Positions 1-12,916 of a stretch of DNA of 64,000 bases are shown here, piece after piece. The notes beneath the pieces are model-generated. The model had not been told where the DNA came from, made no database searches, and saw only the letters and a program-made list of their open reading frames with translations. The DNA is from Lama glama (lineage: Eukaryota), in assembly GCA_028534125.1 (NCBI GenBank), contig CM052816.1, positions 2,668,001 to 2,732,000 on the forward strand, given 5' to 3'. The translations under genes were made by a program, and so were the position numbers. How positions within the stretch are numbered: the first letter of the stretch is position 1; every line of letters begins with the position of its first letter.

Positions 1-636
1 CCTAACTCAGGCCCCTGAAACAGCAGTAGCACAGCCCTGACGATGGCAGGTCATATCTGTAACTTAGGACCCACGGTGCACATACAGAGCACCAGCTACA
101 CAGCCCAAGTGACAGAGGGTCAAAGCCATCACTTAGGATCCACAAGGTGGGACACTGTGTAGTGGCAGCTCCAGTCCAGCAGACAGCAAGGCGCTGTGGT
201 CTCCCATCATGGAGGGCAGGGAGCAGCAGCAACTCAGGCCCCTGGGGGCAGGTTTTAGCACCGCTCCAGCCCCAGGGGAGAGATGCAGCGGCAGGGACTC
301 CAGGTAGCTGCATCAGCTGAGTTCAGCATCAGTGAGGATGGCGGGAATCCTCAGCAGCCAAGGCTGCATATGTCCACACGGGTGACAATCATTTCTGGGG
401 CTCTCCTGTCCTCCCTTCCCCATGGGGTGCATCCCTCTGAGGGGATCCCTCTTGGGACTGAGCTGCTCCAGACTGTGGGTTGGGCTGATGCAGGGAAAAT
501 GCTTCCTGCATGTCTCTATGCTGCAACCCTCAGTTACCACAGTCCCAGGTTTCTGCTGCTTTTTCATTGTAGTCCTAAGCTCTCCCAGAGCTATTTGCGT
601 CAGTTTGCAACTATCCGTTGTTTTCATGGAAGAGAT
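1..636 (-). mobile_element. Probable LINE-1 5'UTR fragment (older L1MA/L1M-type), running off the window start
   Basis: GC-rich block with an internal direct repeat AACTCAGGCCCCTG (4-17 and 231-244). Its end (ttctgctgctttttcattgtagtcc...ctctcccagagctattt...gttgttttcatggaag) resembles the reverse complement of an L1 5' terminus. Family is from recall only. Confidence 0.5.
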
Positions 637-1078
637 ATGTATAATTTTTAACTGTCAATTATACTTCAATAAAGCCAGAAGTAAAAATACGTTGTTTAGA
701 CGGAAAAAGTATGATATTAGATCGAAACTTGGATCTACACAAAGAAATGTTGATTGCTGGAAATGGAACAAATGAGGGTAAAATTGATTTCAATTTTTCT
801 TACTTTTAATTGCTCTAAAAGATAATTATTGAAGCAAAAATAGTAGCAATACATTGTGCATGTATAGTATACATAAATTACAAATGATGGGTGGAAGAAT
901 ATTGGGAATTTATTATTATGAAGTCCTTACAGAACACATGAAATATTATTTGAAGCTAGACTATAAGTAAAGGTGTATATTTTAAACTCTCAGATATCCA
1001 CTAAAATCATTTTTAAGAGGTGGTGTCACAAATGAGTCATAGAGGCGATAAGATAAAATCATTAAAGATGCTTAACAA

Positions 1079-1237
1079 CAGAAATACATACAGGATCTTG
1101 TGGTGGCTCACAGCGAAAAAGAATGTGACAATGAATGTATGTATGTTCGTGTATAACTGAAAAATTGTGCTCTACACTGGAATTTGACCCAACATTGTAA
1201 ACTGACTATAACTCAATAAAAAATGTTTTAAAAAAAT
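1079..1237 (+). mobile_element. Young, 5'-truncated lineage-specific L1 3' end (~160 bp)
   Basis: gatcttgtggtggctcacagcgaaaaagaatgtgacaatgaatg...aacattgtaaactgactataactcAATAAA followed by an A-rich tail. Homologous to the minus-strand copy at ~37910-38060. Confidence 0.85.
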
Positions 1238-3110
1238 AAACACAACAAGTAAAAGACAGATTGTCATATTGGATAAAAAAAGTAAGACTCAAATCATTCC
1301 TTCCACAAGAAACCCACTTTAAATATAAAGGCATAGATGGCTTGAAAATAAAGGATGGAGAAAGATTTACAAAAAAAAAAACGACAGAAAAGAAACTGAA
1401 TCAATTACGCTAATGAATCTAATTGATAAAATGAACTCAGAACAAAAACAAAGGATTTAATTGACATTTTATATAGAATACCCTACCCAAAAGGAGAATA
1501 CAACTCTGTTTTCACATGCACCTGGAACATTCACTAATATATTAGACCATATTCAGAACCATAAAAGAAACTTCAACAAATTAAATAGAAATATGATGTA
1601 TGTTCTCAGATTATAACAGACTTAAACTAAAATCAGTAATAATATCTGAAAAATGCCCCAAATTTGGAAATGAGATAATATACTTCTAAATGATCCACGA
1701 ATCAAAGTGTAAGTCTCAAATGTTTAAAGTAGTTTGAACTGTATCAAACTACAAAACAACATACGCAGCTAAAGCAGCACCTAAAGAGCAACTAGCAGCA
1801 TTTAATGCTTATATAAGAGAAGATCTCAAATCACTGTTCTAAGTCTTCACTTTCAGGAACCAGAAGAGGAGGAGATTAAATTCAAAGTAAACCAAAGAAA
1901 GGAAATAATATGAAAGCAAAAATCACTGAAATTGAAAACAGAAAAACAATAAAGAATGTCAATGAAACCAAAAGTTGATTCTTTGAAAAGATAAACAAAA
2001 AATTAATAAATCTCTAGCCATTCAAAGAAAAAGAAAAACTCAAATTATCAACATCAACAGCAAAAGAGGGATTATCACAGTGTAAAGATATTTAAAAATT
2101 AGCAAGAGACAACTACAAACAAGTCCACATCCATAAACTTCAAATGTGTCAATTCCTTGAAAGTCATAAATTATCAAAACTCACCCAGAAAGAAACAGAT
2201 AATCTGAAAATCCTATCTCTATTAAAGGAATTGAATTCATAGTTTAAAATATTTCAAAAAGGAGAAGAAAACTCTTGGTCCAAATCATTGCACTGGCAAT
2301 TTACCAAACACTTAAGGAAAAGTATAAAAGGTGAACTTATTGGAAAAAGGTAATACAGTTTTGATGTCAAATTCTCTCTAATTTGACCTATAGATCCAAG
2401 GCAATCTCTGTCAAAATCCAAGTAGACATTTTTTAGAAATATCTAAAAAAAGGTAATAGCAGATTCTAAGATTCTAAATGTGTGTAAAATGCCAAAGAAG
2501 TAGAATAGGCAAAATATTTTTGAAGAATAAAGTTGGAGGACTCACATTACCCCTGTTCAAGACAAAGGGACTGTCAATCAAGTCCACGTAGTGTTGGTGA
2601 TATAACAGACACACAGATCAGTGAACAGAATAGAGAACTCAGAAATAAACCCATGTGTAGAGTCAAGGGATTTTTGACAAAAATACAGAGGCAATTAAAC
2701 AGAGTAAGGATAGTCTTTTCAACAAACTTAAGTGCTTAAATAATTGAAGGGCCATATGTAAAAAGTAAACTTTGCCCTATACCTCACAACTTACACAAGA
2801 ATTAACTCAAAATGGATCATGCCCATAATAAACTATAAAGCTATAAAACTTATGAAAAACACAGAAGAAAATATGTGACCTTGGGTTAGGCAAATGTTTT
2901 TAAATACAGCAACACAAGCACGCTCCATAAAAGAAAAAAATAAGTCAGACTGAATTAAGATTAAAAATTTCTGCTTTATGACAGAAACCACTAAGAGAAT
3001 GAAAAAACAGGCCACAGACTAGGTTTGTCTGTCAACTACATTTTTAAAAAAGGACTTGTACGCAGGATATGTAAAGAAACTTCAAAACTCAACAATAAGA
3101 AACAAACAAC

Positions 3111-4272
3111 CTCTGGATACTCAAACTCCTAGAAAAAAAAACATAGGCAGGACACTCTGACATAAACTGCAGCAATATTTTTTTCCTAGAGTAATAAAAA
3201 TAAAAGCAAAAATAAGCAAATGGAACCTCATTAAACTTAAAAGCTTTTGCATAGCAAAGGAAACCATAAACAAAATGAAAAAACAACCAATGGAATGGGA
3301 GAAAACATTTGCAAATGAGATTGACAAGGGATTAATTTCCAAACTATACAAACAGCTTCTACAACTTAATATCAAAAGCCAAACCCAATCCAAAAATGGG
3401 CAGAAGTCCTAAACAAGCATTTCTCCAATGAAGACTACAAATGGCCAGTAGGCACATGCAAAGATGCTCAATGTTGCTAATTATTAGAGAAATACACATG
3501 AAAACTACAGTGAGTTTCACATCCACTACCTACCTTTCACACCTATTACCCACACCAGTCAGGATAGTCTTTTTTTTAAGTCTACAAATAATAAATGCTG
3601 GAGAAAGTGTGAAGAAAAGGGAACCCCCCTACACTGTTGGGAATGTAACTTGGTGCAGCCACTATGGAGAACAGTACGGGGGTTCCTTAAAAAACTAAAA
3701 CTTAGAGTTACCATATGATCTACCAGTTCTACTTCTAGGCCTATATCCAGATAAAACTAAAACTTCAAAAGACACATGCACCCTAATGTTCACAGCAGCA
3801 GTATTTACAATAGCCAAGACATGGAATCAACCTAAACGTCATCCACAAGTGACTGGATAAAGAAGATGTGATATGTATACATACAATGGACTTACTCAGC
3901 CACAAAACAAGAATGAAATAATGCCATTTTGCAGCTACATGCCTGGACCTAGAGACTATCACATTAAGTGAAGTAAGTCAGACAGAAAGACAAATATCAT
4001 ATGGTATCTCTCATATGTGGAATCTGAAAAAAAAAAAAGACACAAATGAACTTATTTACAAACCAGAAATAGACTAGAAGACATAGAAAACAAACTATGG
4101 TTACCAAAGGGGAAAGGGGTGGGGGTGGGCAGGATAAATTAGCAGTTTGGGATTAACATATATACATTAGTATTTATTAAAAAATAGATAAATAACAAGG
4201 ACCTACTGTATAGCACAGGGAACTGTATTAAATATCTGGTAATAACCTATCATGGAAAAGAATCTGAAAAAG

Positions 4273-4330
<58 letters not shown>

Positions 4331-4427
4331 CACACACACACATATATGTATATGTATAACTAAATCACTTTGCTGTACAACCAAAACTAATGCAACATTG
4401 TAAATCAACTATACTTCAATTAAAAAA
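3111..4427 (+). mobile_element. Younger L1 (cetartiodactyl-type): ORF2 3' end and 3'UTR, nested in the ancient L1
   Basis: Well-preserved ORF2 end (aaactcctagaa...aacataggcaggacactctgacataaa; tgcagccactatggagaacagt) and 3'UTR (ggttaccaaaggggaaagggg; ctactgtatagcacagggaact; gtaaatcaactatacttcaatt) plus A tail. The older L1 continues on both sides. Confidence 0.9.
4276..4342. repeat. (TA)n(CA)n compound microsatellite in L1 3'UTR
   Basis: About 25 TA units followed by CA units, read directly. Confidence 0.95.
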
Positions 4428-5436
4428 CAGAAATCTAATTTAAAATATGGGCAATAGATCGAAGCAGACACTTCAACAAAGGAGATATACTGATGGCAAA
4501 TAAGTGTATTAAAAGATGTCCAACGTCACTAGTCATTAAGGAAGAGCCAATTAAAACCACTATGTACCGATTAGAATGGTTAAATCTAACAAACAACAAT
4601 GACAACAGCAAACGTGACACCAAGTTCAGGCGATGATGTGGAGCACGTAGGACCCTCATATACTGCCGGTGGGAATGCAAAATGGGAAAGCCATTTTGGA
4701 AACAGTTTGGAGGTTTCTTATAAAGTTAAACACGAAACTACAATATCTCATGGAAATGTAAAAAAATAAATAATAAACCAGGATGTGGTGGGAAAGAAGG
4801 AATGATGCCTTCTTCAATATTTTAAAGAAACTTAACTGAATTACAAATGAATCACATAACCACAATGAAGGGGTTGGAGAAGAATGTAGTTGGCCTATGC
4901 AACTTCAGAAAACAATGTTTTCAGGGGGTGCTATTGGCGAAGAACAGAGAGAACTATACACAGATACCATAGTCCAGCTGGTAAATCTGTTTTGCACAGG
5001 AACATGGAATAGGAATTCTGAAACTACTCTGTGCAAAAGGTTGAACAAATAAACATATACATTGTATACACAGAGTCAAGTCTCTTACTGACAGAGAAAA
5101 TCAAAAATCAGGAAAAAGGGAACTAACTCTACAGTGCTGGACTGAAGTCAGAGGTATCAATATGGAAGAGATTTAGTGACAGATCAGTAGACTGACAGAT
5201 CGACAGAGATGCGTATGAACACATGAGTTAGCACACATACAGATATTCCCTAGCTCTGTCCACTGAGATGACTGGAAACAGTGATACTTCAGCAGCAATA
5301 ATCACACTTAACACCCAGACCTTGGTTTCTTCGCTACTTTCTTCAATAAAGAGAACCAGCCTTCTTGGACAGCTGATTGATTTCCAGGTTGGGGCAAGGA
5401 ATACATACCAAGAGCCTGGAATATCATTTGATGCCA

Positions 5437-5520
5437 GGAAGGAAGGAAGGAAGGAAGGGAGGGAGGGAAGGAAGGAAGGAAGAAAGGAGGGAAGGGAAGG
5501 GAAGGAGGGAAGGGAAGGGA
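5437..5520. repeat. (GGAA/GGGA)n polypurine repeat
   Basis: ggaaggaaggaaggaaggaagggagggagggaagg... read directly. Confidence 0.95.
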
Positions 5521-7289
5521 AAAAAAGTAGATAGCATATGGAAATGACAGGTAACCAATATGGAAATGCTGTGAATGCCCAAAATTCAAGCAATAATCAA
5601 GCAAAAAAATTAATAACCATAATATTGGACTGTAACCCAAAGAACAAAAAAGTGTGCAAGTCCATACTGAATAAATAAATGGAGGAGAAGTGGCAACTCT
5701 TTCTTATGCATGTAAAAGGAATGAGAGAAAAAAAAAATCACCATTAGAATGTCATAGTAATAACTGCTTCAGGCAAGGTCCACAAAAGGATGCTTAAATT
5801 TGTGAGTGAAAGTTTAGGCAGAAGTAGAATATATGCATAATCCCAAAGTATCTCCTCAGAGATATTTAGTAATTTCTAAAAGAAAATGAGATTCTCAGTG
5901 GAAAGTCTAGGCAGCCAGCTAGGTGATGGATGCTAGCCCAGTGGTCAAGATTAACTTCACAAGCAGCATGTATCACCACCATGTACCTACCCCCTCATAT
6001 GTGCCTGCAGAAGGGCACATCAACTCCACCGTATTCTTCTCAACGATGTATAACTTCAGCATAATCAACAGAAAACTTGAGACGAATTTAAATTGCAGAA
6101 CATTCTACAATATAACTGACAAATACTCTTCCAATGTGTGGAGGCAAGGTCATGAGAGACAAGGAAAGACAGAGGAACTGTCACAGATTGGAAGTGACAA
6201 AGGGAACATAAAACTAAACATAATCCCAGGATAGAAAAAGAACATTAATGGGAGAACTAGTGAAATCTGCTTAAGTTCTCTAGCTTGGTTGATAGTACTG
6301 TACCAAATTAATTTCTTGATTATATTAGCTGTTAGTAGAAGCATATAATGCATAAGGGTATGGGTACTATTTTTGCAGCTCTCTTGCAAGTCTAAAATCA
6401 TTTCCAAACAAAAATAATTTTTGAAAAGTAAACAACTTACACAGTTACCCTAGTTATCTGTTATACCTGGAAGGAAAATCCTTGTTCTGTGCTTCCAGGT
6501 AACTAGCATAGCATTCTCCATACTAAACACTTATCATTTAGAGAAGAAGAAAAAAAAGTTGCCTCTTATAACAAACATTTCCTATTCATTCTCTCTCTCT
6601 CTCTGGAAGTCAGGATTTTACCTTTGTTCATAAATCCATTGGCTTTTCATTAAGGATAGGAAACCAAGGGAGAAAAATCACTAAGATGGTAAGAAAAAAA
6701 AAAAAACAAAACAAAGAGTTTCTGTTGGCTGGAAAAATTTCAAGCTGGGCAGAGCCCTATTTTTCATGTTTGTTTTTGCTCATTTGTGTATGTGTGTATA
6801 TATGAATGTATGTATGGTGACCTTGGCCCACTGAAACCCATGAATGTCTGATTAAATATTGCTTGTTCTCTGTGCTTTTGGACCCTCTCTAATATCTGTG
6901 ATTGATGCACTGCCACACTTGGACGTTTTTCAAATTCCCACTCATTTTAACAGCTTCCTTGTGCCAGGGGAGGAAGATTTGAGGGAATAATGGAGATAAC
7001 CTCACACAGTTTCCTCAATGGGTTTCAAGAACAGTCCCAGCCAGAGCTTCCAAATGGAGAAGGCAGGCCAAGGCATGTTGAGCTCCACGGAATCAAGTGA
7101 TTTGGGAGCCGTAGGGGCCCATATCGGGTCACCTTCCTTCCTAAAGGGCTTGCCTTATTCTATAAAGTATTCTCCTTGAACAATATCTCAGCATCAACAT
7201 CACATCAATTAAATTTGGAGAAAGAGAGTGTATTGGGAGGTAAAGGGAAAGATGCTTTTTTTATCATCAGGCAGTCTTATAAAAATGGA

Positions 7290-7440
7290 ACTTGGCAGTG
7301 ACCCGGAGGACACGACTCTGACACTGTTTCCTTGGCTACAGAAGGGGAGAGGTGCCTGCCCTCCTCTCTGTCTTAGGCTTGTTGGGAGGATGAAATGGAA
7401 TAACTAAAATGAAAATGGCAGGAAAAAATTGTAGATCATT
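7290..7440 (+). mobile_element. Degenerate MIR fragment
   Basis: ctctgacactgtttccttggctacagaagggg...cttaggcttgttgggaggatgaaatgg resembles the MIR core and 3' part. Confidence 0.45.
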
Positions 7441-7639
7441 GTTTTCGTTGAAATGTTAGGATTTCCTCTTTTCCAGTCTAATTGCCCTCAGGGTAAAATA
7501 AATGCTCTCTGGAAGTGTTTAACAAAGCACTTCTTAACACGAACCTGCCTCTTATCTCTAGACCCTCCTCTCTTTACATCACTTGTCCAGGCACATTGGA
7601 CAGCACCCCGTGTGAAAACACATTATTGCCTCTGCACAT

Positions 7640-7965
7640 ACTCTCCTTCCTTTTTGGAAGAGTTCTCCCTACTCTCAACCATTCCTGATTCCCTTCGACT
7701 GAGTGATTCCTACCTGTCTTCCAAGTTTCAACTTAAATACTTCTTCCAGAAGGCCACTGCCCACTCTCCTCTCAATATCCAAATCCTAGCCCAATTAATC
7801 TGTTTAATATGCATGTTCCCCTACCAGGTCATAAATTTCTAGAATGGAAGAATCTGCCTTTTTCACCATTATGGGTATCCCTGGCTCCCAACAGGTCTAC
7901 CAGAGAGTAGCTTCTTAACAGATGCTTGTTGAATGAGTGAGTAAGTGACTGACAGATAAATAAAT
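7640..7965 (+). mobile_element. LINE-2 3' fragment
   Basis: ttcctacctgtcttccaagtttcaacttaaatacttcttccagaagg...gtatccctggctcccaacagg...gcttgttgaatgagtgagt, the typical L2 tail. Confidence 0.7.
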
Positions 7966-8189
7966 GCATGCTCTCAATACAAGTTTCTTGATGTAGGTCC
8001 CACTTGGGGGAGTGAGATGTGGGGAAAGTATCTCAAAGACTAGACTGATGAAACAATTAGTGAATATGTAAGAGAAGGCTGTTTAGTTGAATTAGTCATT
8101 TGAAACACGGAAACCTCTGAAACTTAAATCCTGGGCTGCTTATTGTCATTATTATTATTATTATTAATCAGTATTATTATTGTTTCACT

Positions 8190-8420
8190 ATAATATCATA
8201 GCAGCCTACCTAAATGCTTAGAAATTTGCTAACTGCTTTGTACATACTAGCATTGATTTCCCCCCAAACCTTATAAAATAGACACTAGTTTTATCCCTGT
8301 TTAGGGATAAGAAAATAAAATCAGAGAGGTTGGGTTACTTGTTCAAAGTCACTTAACAGCAGAGTCACAATTCATACCCAAGGTCATAGGACTCCTGAGC
8401 CTAAATTGTTAGAAACTGCA
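8190..8420 (-). mobile_element. MIR SINE
   Basis: ttatccctgttttagggataagaaaataaaatcagagaggttgggttacttgttcaaagtcac is the reverse complement of the MIR core. Confidence 0.75.
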
Positions 8421-10174
8421 TTCTCCTCCCTCACCAAATCCCACTCCTCCCTCCTCTGGTGGACAACTAACCTCCAAGGCTTCCACGTCCCCAGAGAGCA
8501 GAAAAACTAGTTTAAATCCAATCCTGGCTGAATTCTCAAGTCCTTCTCCACCATCTTCTAACTCACTAATAAGGCTACTCTATCAAGTGGTTCTGATCGC
8601 AGTTTCTCCACAGCCAAAGCCAGGGGAACTGCTCCTCCCACGTATCCCTATCTGAACCGCTGAGTTTATGCTTTAACATAATTATGTAGCTCCCACTCCC
8701 CCACAGATCCTCTTTTTTCTTCATTTGCTTCCAATAAAGAGACATTACTTGGTTGGGAGCTTTCCAAGGTAACATGAATCCATCTTTTGAAACTAGTTCC
8801 TACATCTGGAAAATTGAATGATGCTTTGGTTGTTTGTCTAGCAAGAAAGATGGTCTGTGAAACAGCTTTGTTATTTTATTATCTTAAATTCTTTTAAGCC
8901 ATATTAAGCAGATTTAATTTCCAAAGATGTCTTTTCTCACCATCACCCCCTTTTTTATATGGACAAGTCAGTTTCTACTTTTAAACTGGTTGCCTGCAAA
9001 TATGCCGCTGAGCATTGATTTGGCCACTTAACCAGATTACCCACATGGTCCATCTGTAGCTTCCGGACCTTCCCCAGCAAAACAGGTGTTGCCTTTAACA
9101 CAATGAGAAGGCCTTTTCCTATTGGAACACTTCTTATCATAAAATTAAATACACACACCTCCCAGAACCCCAAATCCATCATATAAATAAAAAGGCACAT
9201 TCCCTCAGTCCACGAACATCAGTTCTCTTAAGAAAGAGATGTCTGGCACCCCTAACCCAAGAACCAGAGAGACTTTTGATCACCTTAGCATTCTCAGTAT
9301 GGCTTTTTATTCTCTGCATCATCAAATGCTGTAACTGGGGATGTTCACAGTATCAGCATGTGACAGCTTCAGTAATCATCTCATCTACAGACCAAGAGAC
9401 TGCTCTGTTCCTTCACACCCCAGGTAAGATTTTGAACCTTGAGAAAGCTAAAAACAGCTGGTATCTGGTTATTCACTTGTGATCTCTATCTTTGAATAAA
9501 GCAAAGGAAAATATACTGCAAAGATAGGACCTCTTTATTTTAAAGAGAATGAGAAAGAGAATTTACTTCTGTATTGAAAAAAATCACAAAGTAAGATCCC
9601 ACATAAGACACTGAGACACATCATGATTATGATAGGGGTAAATGATAATTGAGGGTCGGGCAGAACAAAAAGATCCCCATGAATTTACTCACCTCAACTG
9701 AAATATTTTTATTAAAAGTTAAATTTGCTTGAAGAATGGGTCCTTTGGCATAAACACACAGTAAATTATGAAAAGGATAATAAACAGTAATAAGAGTTTG
9801 TGGAACTGAAAATAAACTCTTCACCCATTCAAATAAGTAGATTCTAGGTCATAAAAGGAGATTCTAAAATATAGAAGAAAGAACTTCAGGTCTGAAGCTC
9901 AGAAACGATCCAGTGTTATTTCATGTCCTTTGTCACTAGCTGGAGGATGGGACCTTTGTCTGTTTCATTATATTACACAACGTGCCTGGCCTGGGATCTT
10001 AACATGGAAGAGCTCCTTGCTCACATGCTGATAGGATGATCTATATGATTAAAGAAAAGAGCTTTGGTTTTACTTTTTCTCTTCTTCTTCTATTACAATC
10101 CATTCTACACAAGAATTCAAACCTGCAAACAATCATTGTGCACCTAACTAAGGGCAAATGACAGTGTTAGATGT

Positions 10175-10201
<27 letters not shown>
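10175..10201. repeat. (CA)n microsatellite
   Basis: About 13 CA units, read directly. Confidence 0.95.
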
Positions 10202-10205
<4 letters not shown>

Positions 10206-10477
10206 AACCCAGGTGCCTTCAAGTAATAAAATTTTCCCCTTATCCCTTATATTAACTGAAGACATATTTATTATCAACAGCAAAAGCAGCACACAGTTAT
10301 TAAATCTACCAAATGTCAATATGTTCAGGGGAAACCCCTTTTTCTTTTTTCTTTCATGTCTTTAGCACTACTGTTTCAGGGTTTGCTCTTATTTGTGAAT
10401 CCTTAGGGATCGAGAGAGGTATAAAACACAGTCCTAGACTTTGATGACTGTCCAGCCTCCCCACTCAGAACCTCCTG

Positions 10478-10575
10478 CAAATGAATATATGCATGTTCAT
10501 ATGTGACTAAGGCATCGTGCTGTACACCAGAAATTGACACATTGTAAACTGACTACACCTCAATTAAAAAAAAAA
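10478..10575 (+). mobile_element. Very short L1 3'-end fragment with A tail
   Basis: aatgaatatatgcatgttcatatgtgactaagg...gctgtacaccagaaattgacacattgtaaactgactacacctcaatt + poly(A). Homologous to the tails at 1130-1237 and 12300-12390. Confidence 0.8.
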
Positions 10576-12190
10576 CTGAAAAAAGAAAGAAAATTAAAGA
10601 TGCTTTAAAGAAATGGAAAAATATCCCACGCTCTTAAATTGGAAGACATAACACTGTTAAAGTGGCCATACTACCCAAATCAATCTACAGATTTAATGTG
10701 ATTCCTATCAAATTACCCAGGGCATTTTTCTCAGAACTAGAATAATCCTAAAATTTATATGGAATTACAAAAGACCCAGAACCACCAAAGTAATAATGAA
10801 GAAAAAGAACGAAGCTGGAGGAATACCCTCCCAGACCTCAGACAATATTACAGAGATACAATAATCAAAACAGCATGGTATTGGCATAAAAGCAGACATA
10901 TGCATCAATGGAACAGAACAGACAGCCCAGAAATAAACCCACACACTTACAGTTAATTAATCTTTGACAAAGGAGACAAGAATATACAATGGAGAAAATA
11001 CAGCCTCTTTAGCAAGTTGTGTCAGGAAAGTTGGACAGCTGCATGTAACTCAATGAAGTTAAAACACTCCCTTACACCATACAGAAAAATTAACTAAAAA
11101 TGGCTTGAAGATTTACATATAAGATAAGACATGATAAACCTCCTAGAAGGAAACATAGGCAAAACATTCTCTGCCATAAATCTTAGCAATGTTCTCCTAG
11201 GGTAGTCTACCTAGGCAATAGAAATAAAAGCAAAAATAAACAAATAAGACCTAATTAAACTTACAAGCTCTTGCACAGCAAAGGAAACTATAAACACACA
11301 CACACACAGACAAAAACCCTACAGAATGGGAGAAAGTATTGCAAATGATGCAACTGACAAGGGCTTAATTTACAGAATATACAAACTGCTCATAAAACTC
11401 AGTAAGAAAAAAAAAGCCCATCAAAATATGGGAAGAAGACAAACACTTCTTCAATGTAGACATAAATGGCCAATAGGCACATGAAAAAATACTATCACAA
11501 ATTATTAGAGAAATGCAAATCAAAACTACAATGACGTATCACCTCAAACCAGTCAGATGGCCATCATTAAAAAGTCCAAAAAACAATAAATGCTGGAGAG
11601 GGTGTGGCAAAAAGGAAACCTTCCTACATTGTTAGTGGGAATGTGGTTTGGCACAACCATTATGGAAAACATTATGGAGATTCCTAAAAAAAAAATAAAA
11701 TAAAACAGACTTACTGTATGATCTAGCAATCCCACTCCTGAGCATGTACCTAGAGGAAACTCTACTTCAAAAAGATACATGCACCTCAGAGTTCACAGCA
11801 GCACCATTTACCATAGCCAAGACATGGAAGCAGCCTAAATGTCCACTGACAGATAAATGACTAGAGAAGATGCTGTATACACTTATACAAGGGAACACTA
11901 CTCAGCCATAAGAAGAAATAATGCCATCTGCAGCAACATGGATTGATCTAGATATTATCATACCAAGTGAAGTAAGTAAGTCAGACAGAAAAAGACAAAT
12001 ATCATATGATTACCATTTATATGTGGAATCAAAAAATAATACAAATGAACTTATGTACAAAACAGAAAGAGATTCACAGACATAAAAAACAATCTTATGG
12101 TTACCAAAGGGGAAAGGGCAAGGGAGGGATAAATTAGGAGTTTGAGATTAGCAGATACAAACTAGTGTGTGTGTGTGTATAAAATAGATA

Positions 12191-12228
<38 letters not shown>

Positions 12229-12398
12229 GATAACAATGTCCTACTGTATAGCAGGAGCTATATGTAATATTCTTTAATAACCTATAATGAAAAAACATGA
12301 AAAAGAATATACATATTTTATAAAACTGGATCACTATGCTGTACACCAGAAACACTACACTGTAAATCAACTATACTTCAATAAAAAAGAAAAAAATA
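10576..12398 (+). mobile_element. Younger 5'-truncated L1: ORF2 C-terminal region and 3'UTR
   Basis: ORF 10759-10956 translates to [42 protein letters not shown], matching the L1 ORF2p TLPDF..YYKA..IKTAWYW..NR..DQWNR motif. The 3'UTR resembles 3900-4427 and ends gtaaatcaactatacttcAATAAA + A tail. Confidence 0.93.
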
Positions 12399-12879
12399 AC
12401 TATATAAAATATTGACCTACATAAAGGAAGGAGCTTTAGAGATAAGAAATCAAGAGGTAAAATTAAATCTTATTTTTCTTATTCTTAATTCATCTAACAG
12501 ATAGCAATGTACTCAAAATAATGCCCATACTATGTTGGATGATTATAGTTTATGGTTAAATAAAATGAGTGACAGCAATGTTATAAGATACAAGAGGGAG
12601 GAATTAGGTATATTGTATTATAGGGTAACTACATTACCCATGAAGCAGTATAGTTAATTTTTATATATGCAATATATATAAATGGTAGGTGTCCATAGTA
12701 TAGTGTCCATCTATGAGTGAACTTAGATAAACTGTATATTGCAGTTTAGGGAAACCACTAAAAGAGCTCAAAAAACAAGTATAATGACTATACTAAGAGA
12801 GGAAAGAAAATGGAATCATAGAAAGTGCTTAAAGAAAGCCATGGGAGGCAGAAAAGAAGTGGAAGACAAATATACATAT

Positions 12880-12916
<37 letters not shown>

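Larger units (their letters stand above)
680..6428 (+). mobile_element. Ancient LINE-1 (L1MC/L1MD-like): ORF1 end, degenerate ORF2 with internal deletion, long 3'UTR; interrupted by two younger L1s
   Basis: A-rich + strand with L1 ORF2-like passages (aatgaaaccaaaagttgattctttgaaaagataaac at ~1960; ggaggactcacattaccc at ~2535; aaaactcaacaataag at ~3085). It resumes at ~4430 (aaatatgggcaatagat) and ends in an L1MC-type tail (gtactatttttgcagctctcttgcaagtctaaaatcatttccaaac). Confidence 0.85.

Noticed and set aside
5228..5640. ORFs with LPSF/GRKE repeats
   Set aside because: Translation of the (GGAA)n microsatellite.
9686..9810. Minus-strand GAG|GTGAGT donor near 9692 with upstream acceptor-like ttcag sites and an open frame
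   Set aside because: Very AT-rich, weak pyrimidine tracts and an unrecognisable peptide; consistent with chance.
10759..10956. ORF with a clear protein motif (TAWYW...QWNR)
   Set aside because: It is a fragment of L1 ORF2p in a truncated, frameshifted copy, not a host gene or an active element.
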